Source of the DNA: an uncultured Candidatus Rokubacteria bacterium | GTDB lineage: Bacteria > Methylomirabilota > Methylomirabilia > Rokubacteriales > CSP1-6 | Reading direction: 5' to 3' | Assembly: GCA_963747235.1 (NCBI GenBank) | Contig: CAVVEU010000040.1 | Location: forward strand, 544,001-608,000 | Length of the DNA: 64,000 bases | Shown: piece after piece, positions 59,556-64,000 of the stretch | Position numbering within the stretch: the stretch's first letter is position 1 | Layout of the letters: each line of letters starts with the position of its first letter | Notes under the pieces: model-generated | Seen by the model: the letters and a program-made list of their open reading frames with translations, nothing else | What the model was told of the DNA's origin: nothing | Databases searched by the model: none | Position numbers and translations under genes: made by a program

Positions 59556-60698
59556 ATGAAACGCAGCCTCGACCGCGTCCTGACCACCCACACCGGCAGC
59601 CTCCCCCGCCCGGCCGACCTGATCCGCATGATGTTCGCGCGGGAAGAAGGCGTGCCGGTCGACGGGCCCGCGCTGGCCGCGCGCATTCGCGCCGCGGTGG
59701 CGGAGGTGGTCCGCAAGCAGACCGACGCCGGCATCACCGTCGTCAGCGACGGGGAGCTGAGCAAGCCGAGCTACGCCACCTACATCAAGGACCGCCTGAA
59801 CGGGTTCGGCGGCACGAGCCAGGCGCTCCAGTACCGCGACCTGGTGGACTTCCCGGAGATGGCCAAGCGGGTGTTCGGCGATCCGGGCCGGTCGCGCCGG
59901 AAGACGCCGGCCTGCACCGGCCCGGTCAGCCTGCGCGACCCGGCCGCGGCCCAGGTCGACGTGGACAATCTGAAGACGGCGCTCCGGTCGGTCGACGTCA
60001 CGGACGTGTTCATGAGCGCGGCCTCCCCCGGCGTGATCTCCCTCTTCTTCCGGGATGACCACTACGGCAACCACGAGGCCTACCTCTTCGCCATCGCGGA
60101 CGCCATGCGGCAGGAGTACGAGACGGTGGCGCGGGCCGGCTTCATCCTGCAGCTGGACTGTCCAGACCTGGCCATGGGCCGGCACATCCAGTTCGCCGGT
60201 CTGGACCTCGAGGAGTTCCGGACTATGGCCCGCCTGCACCTCGCGGCGCTCGATCACGCGGTGGCCAACATCCCGCCCGAGCAGCTCCGGATCCACCTGT
60301 GCTGGGGCAACTACGAGGGGCCGCATCACTACGACGTCCCCCTCGCCGACATCCTCGATCTCGTCTTCGCGGCTCGTCCCCAGGGCGTCTCCTTCGAGGC
60401 CGCCAACCCCCGGCACGCGCACGAGTGGAAGGTCTTCGAGCGCGTGAAGCTGCCCCCGGACAAGGTCATCATCCCCGGGGTGCTCGACTCGACGACCAAC
60501 TTCATCGAGCACCCCGAGCTGGTCGCCGAGCGGATCGGCCGCTACGCGCGGCTCGTCGGGCGCGAGCACGTCATCGCCGGGACCGATTGCGGGTTCGGCA
60601 CCTGGGTCGGCCAGGCCGCGGTGGACCCCGACATCGTGTGGGCGAAGCTGGCCAGCCTCGCCGAGGGTGCGCGGCTCGCCTCGAGCGAGCTCTGGTAA
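59556..60698 (+). CDS. Cobalamin-independent methionine synthase II family (MetE C-terminal-like) protein
   Basis: TTHTGSLPRP, SDGE, QLDCPD, HLCWGN, PGVLD, TDCGF zinc ligands. Confidence 0.92.
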   Translation: MKRSLDRVLTTHTGSLPRPADLIRMMFAREEGVPVDGPALAARIRAAVAEVVRKQTDAGITVVSDGELSKPSYATYIKDRLNGFGGTSQALQYRDLVDFPEMAKRVFGDPGRSRRKTPACTGPVSLRDPAAAQVDVDNLKTALRSVDVTDVFMSAASPGVISLFFRDDHYGNHEAYLFAIADAMRQEYETVARAGFILQLDCPDLAMGRHIQFAGLDLEEFRTMARLHLAALDHAVANIPPEQLRIHLCWGNYEGPHHYDVPLADILDLVFAARPQGVSFEAANPRHAHEWKVFERVKLPPDKVIIPGVLDSTTNFIEHPELVAERIGRYARLVGREHVIAGTDCGFGTWVGQAAVDPDIVWAKLASLAEGARLASSELW

Positions 60699-60748
60699 CC
60701 CGGAGCGGCGAGCGGCCAGCCCGCCTCGCCCGCGCCCCAGGAGGACCC

Positions 60749-61351
60749 ATGAAGGACACGACGCTGTATCACGAGGGTTCGCGGCAGCTTCAAGACCGGT
60801 TCCAGACGCGACGACTGGCCGACCGGCTGGAGGAGGTCATCGCGCACGACGTCTTCACCGACGCCGATCGCGCGTTCATCGAGAGCCGACCCATGTTCTT
60901 CCTCGCCACCGCCGACGCCGAGGGGCGCCCCGATTGCTCCTACAAGGGCGGCCGGCCCGGGTTCGTGCGCGTGGCGAGCTCGCGGACGCTGGCGTTCCCG
61001 AGCTACGACGGCAACGGCATGTTCAAGAGCCTCGGCAACATCCTGGTGAACCCGCACGTGGGGCTGCTGTTCGTCGACTTCGAGAGCCCCAGGCGGCTGC
61101 GCGTGAACGGGCGCGCCACGGTGCGCGAAGATGATCCGCTGCTGGCGGAGTTCGTTGGCGCCCAGCTGATCGTGCGAGTGGAGGTGGCCGCCGCGTTTCC
61201 CAACTGCCCACGCTATATCCACACCATGCATATGGTCGAGGAGTCACCGTATGCGCCATGCGAGGGCCACACGCCGCCGGTGCCGGAGTGGAAGACGCGT
61301 CCCGTATTCCGCGAGGTGCTGCCGCCCACCGACCCCGCGGCGTCCGGATAG
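60749..61351 (+). CDS. Pyridoxamine 5'-phosphate oxidase-like FMN-binding protein
   Basis: FFLATAD..DCSYKGG.PGFV, DGNG..SLGNI..NP.VGLLF, NCPRYI. Confidence 0.9.
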   Translation: MKDTTLYHEGSRQLQDRFQTRRLADRLEEVIAHDVFTDADRAFIESRPMFFLATADAEGRPDCSYKGGRPGFVRVASSRTLAFPSYDGNGMFKSLGNILVNPHVGLLFVDFESPRRLRVNGRATVREDDPLLAEFVGAQLIVRVEVAAAFPNCPRYIHTMHMVEESPYAPCEGHTPPVPEWKTRPVFREVLPPTDPAASG

Positions 61352-61352
61352 C

Positions 61353-62451
61353 TCAGTCGAAGGTCAAGACGGTCCGCGCGACCTCGCCCGCCTTCATCGC
61401 GCGGAAGGCCTCGTTGATGTCGTCGAGGCGGCCGCGGCGGGTGACCATCTCGTCGAGCAGGAGGCGGCCCTGGCGATAGAAGTCGAGGTAGCGCGGGATG
61501 TCGATGCGGAAGCGGTTGCCGCCCATGCGCGAGGTCTGGACGCGACACTCGGGGCGGATCGCCATCCACGGAAACTCGATCATCGCGTCGGGCGGCAGCA
61601 CGCCAACGATGGTGGCGGTGCCGCGAATGGCCAGGCTCTCGATGGCCTGGCGCACGAGGGTCGTGTTGCCGACCGCCTCGAAGGCGTGATCGACGCCGGC
61701 CCGCCCGGTGAGCACGCGCACCGCCTCGACGGGGTCGTCGTTCGACGTGTTGACGACGTGGGTCGCGCCGACACGCCGGGCCATCTCGAGCTTGCCGTCG
61801 AACCGGTCGAGCGCGATGATCTGCCGGGCCCCCCCGATGCGGGCCCCCTGCACGATCGACAGCCCCACCCCGCCACAGCCGAAGACCGCCACGGTCTGCC
61901 CGGCCTCGAGTCCCGCGCTCCGGAGCGCGGCCCCGACCCCGGTGAGGACGCCGCAGCCCACCAGGGCCGCGCGATCCAGCGGCAGATCGTCGTCGATCTT
62001 CACCACCGAGTTCTCGTGCAGCAGCATGCGCTCGGCGTAGCTGCCGATGCCCGGCGAACGACGGGATCCCCTGCCCCTTCTTCGACAGCCGCGGCGGCGC
62101 CGAATCGCCGCGCGCCACCGCCCCGCCGACGCAGACGTTGGGATGGCCGCTGAGACACTGGGCGCAGCTTCCGCAGAAGCCGGAGAGGCACGCCACCACG
62201 TGGTCGCCGGGACGGAGCCCCGTCACCTGATCGCCGACGGCCTCGACGATGCCCGCCCCCTCGTGGCCGAGCACGATCCCGCGGTCGAGGGCGAACCGGC
62301 CGTCTCCGTCGACCACGTGCAGGTCGCTGTGGCAGACGCCGGTGGCGACCGTGCGGACGAGGACCTCGCGGCCGAGCGGCCGATCGATGTCGATGGATTC
62401 GATGCCCACCGGCACATGCGTCGCGCGGCACACGGCAGCCCTGATCTCCAT
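61353..62451 (-). CDS. Zn-dependent alcohol dehydrogenase, frameshift near 62050
   Basis: GVCHSD, GHEGAG, CGSCAQC..C, GCGVLTG, GCGGVG. Confidence 0.93.
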
Positions 62452-62552
62452 GGGAACGCCTCCTGGCGTTGTCTTGCGTCGGCCGGAGTATACAATGGGC
62501 CCGGTCAAGAGGCGGTTCGGGAGCTCACGAGGCATTCATCGGAGGCCGGTCC

Positions 62553-63734
62553 ATGAGATTGAGCCTGTCGTACGAGATGCAGCGCCCCGTGGTCGACGAC
62601 CACGCGGTCATCGAGGAGACGATCGAGCAGTGCGTGCTCGCGGACAAGATGGGCTTCGACGCCGTCTGGTTCGTCGAGCATCACTTCCTGACGAGCTTCT
62701 CGATGTCCCCGTGCCCGGAGGTGATCTTCGGCGCGCTGAGCCGGCTGACCAAGCGCATCCGCCTCGGATTCGGGGTGGTGATTCTCCCCTACCACCATCC
62801 CGTGCGCGTGGCCGAGCGCGTGGCGATGGTCGATCACCTCTCGGGCGGACGGGTCGAGTTCGGCACCGGGCGGTCGGCGGCGTACGAGCAGATCGGCATG
62901 GGCATCGACCCGCGCCAGACGCGCGCGATGTGGGAAGAGTCGCTGACGATGATCCCGAAGATCTGGGAGGACGGCGTCTTCTCGTGGGAGGGCCAGTTCT
63001 GGAAGGTGCCGCCGCGCGACGTGCGCCCGAAGCCCTATCAGAAGCCGCACCCGCGGATGTGGGTGGCGGCGCTCCAGCCCGCGACGTATCAGCTCGCGGC
63101 GGAGAAGGGCATCGGGGTGATGGCGCTCAGCGTGGCCGCGCCGTCCTACCTCGAGCCGCACATCAGGGCGTACAAGGAGCGCGTGCGCACTGCGACGCCG
63201 GTGGGCAAGGTCGTCAACGACCAGTGGCTCTCCGCGACGATGGGTCTCTGCGACGCGGACGACAAGGCGGCGCGCGAGCTGGCCGCGAAGTCGCTCCGGA
63301 CCTTCTTCGGGCCGGATCGCCCCTATCTCAAGGACCAGACGCACCTGTACGAGCAGCTCGTCGATTCGTGGGGCGGCGTGCCCGAGCATCTCAAGGCGAA
63401 CTTCGCCCGCTATCTCAAGACCGAGGGCCCCGGCGGCGCGCCGGAGGTCGATCTCTCCGGGGGCTCCGGGCAGATCGCGACCGCCCTGTGGAACCAGATC
63501 GACGCCGACACCCTGGTCGACCGCGGCGTCCTCGTGGCCGGCAATCCCGAGACCTGCCTCCGGAGCATCGCCATTCACGAGGCGGCGGGCGTGGACGAGC
63601 TGCAGTTCCTCATGGCGACCGAGACGGTGCCCCACGACAAGGTGATGTCGTCGATCGAGATGTTCGGCCGGCACGTCATCCCGGAGCTGAAGAAGCGGGG
63701 CGCCACCACCGCGGCCGGATCCGCCCTATCGTGA
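62553..63734 (+). CDS. LLM-class oxidoreductase
   Basis: WFVEHHF, HPVRVAERVAMVDHLSGGRVEFGTGR, PKPYQKPHP. Confidence 0.92.
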   Translation: MRLSLSYEMQRPVVDDHAVIEETIEQCVLADKMGFDAVWFVEHHFLTSFSMSPCPEVIFGALSRLTKRIRLGFGVVILPYHHPVRVAERVAMVDHLSGGRVEFGTGRSAAYEQIGMGIDPRQTRAMWEESLTMIPKIWEDGVFSWEGQFWKVPPRDVRPKPYQKPHPRMWVAALQPATYQLAAEKGIGVMALSVAAPSYLEPHIRAYKERVRTATPVGKVVNDQWLSATMGLCDADDKAARELAAKSLRTFFGPDRPYLKDQTHLYEQLVDSWGGVPEHLKANFARYLKTEGPGGAPEVDLSGGSGQIATALWNQIDADTLVDRGVLVAGNPETCLRSIAIHEAAGVDELQFLMATETVPHDKVMSSIEMFGRHVIPELKKRGATTAAGSALS

Positions 63735-63741
63735 GGAGAGA

Positions 63742-64000
63742 TTCACACCCGTCCTCCTCGGCATAGAGCCAGAGCATCGGGATGCGGATCCGGCCGCCGG
63801 CCGAGGCGAAGGTCGCCTGGTTGAAGCCGCGACCACCGGCGTCGCAACGCTGGCCCGTCCACCCGCCGGCGAAGTTGATCACACCGCGCCGCCCCCTGGC
63901 ATATCGACCTTGAGGTCCGACGCACACCGCCATCGCCCCCCGGAGCATCGGGAACCAGAGCGCCACGCCCAGACCTCGCGCTCAGGCCGGCAGGATGACC
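63742..64000 (-). pseudogene. Dienelactone hydrolase-like remnant
   Basis: GVINFAGGW..PMLWLYAEED, ending against the convergent LLM gene with no catalytic His; nucleophile region not seen. Confidence 0.5.

Noticed and set aside
4287-62451. Programmed frameshifting or mass pseudogenisation to explain the many broken genes
   Set aside because: Breaks are single-base, scattered, often in G/C runs, with conserved sequence on both sides; sequencing error is the simpler explanation.

Overview
Very GC-rich bacterial chromosomal window of about 70 mostly accessory metabolic and regulatory genes. The gene content resembles Candidatus Rokubacteria / Methylomirabilota (five luciferase-like monooxygenases, a PF04392-type ABC substrate-binding protein, molybdenum hydroxylase, CoA transferase, SDRs); this is inference, as no marker gene is present. 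No rRNA, tRNA, CRISPR array, transposase or prophage gene was recognised. Many otherwise intact genes carry single-base frameshifts, very densely in the RND pump at 12.4-15.7 kb, which looks like uncorrected long-read error. A separate set of genes at 30.8 kb, 40.9-46.4 kb and 63.7 kb shows true multi-codon deletion scars. Most notable signals: (1) a palindromic box (best copy TAGTGGACC-AA-GGTCCACTA) lies at identical spacing before the -10 element of three promoters, linking ppk1, a receiver-domain/OmpA pair and a four-gene operon of unknown function into a putative regulon; (2) a 39-bp repeat is found once between genes and once inserted in-frame inside the molybdenum-hydroxylase FAD subunit; (3) a sigma54-type promoter drives a pseudo-histidine kinase plus a REC-GAF-degenerate HD-GYP protein; (4) two acyl-CoA dehydrogenase C-terminal tails are fused back-to-back at the same homologous codon; (5) at least seven genes look leaderless. 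Start codons are my best reading; coordinates of frameshifted genes are approximate.
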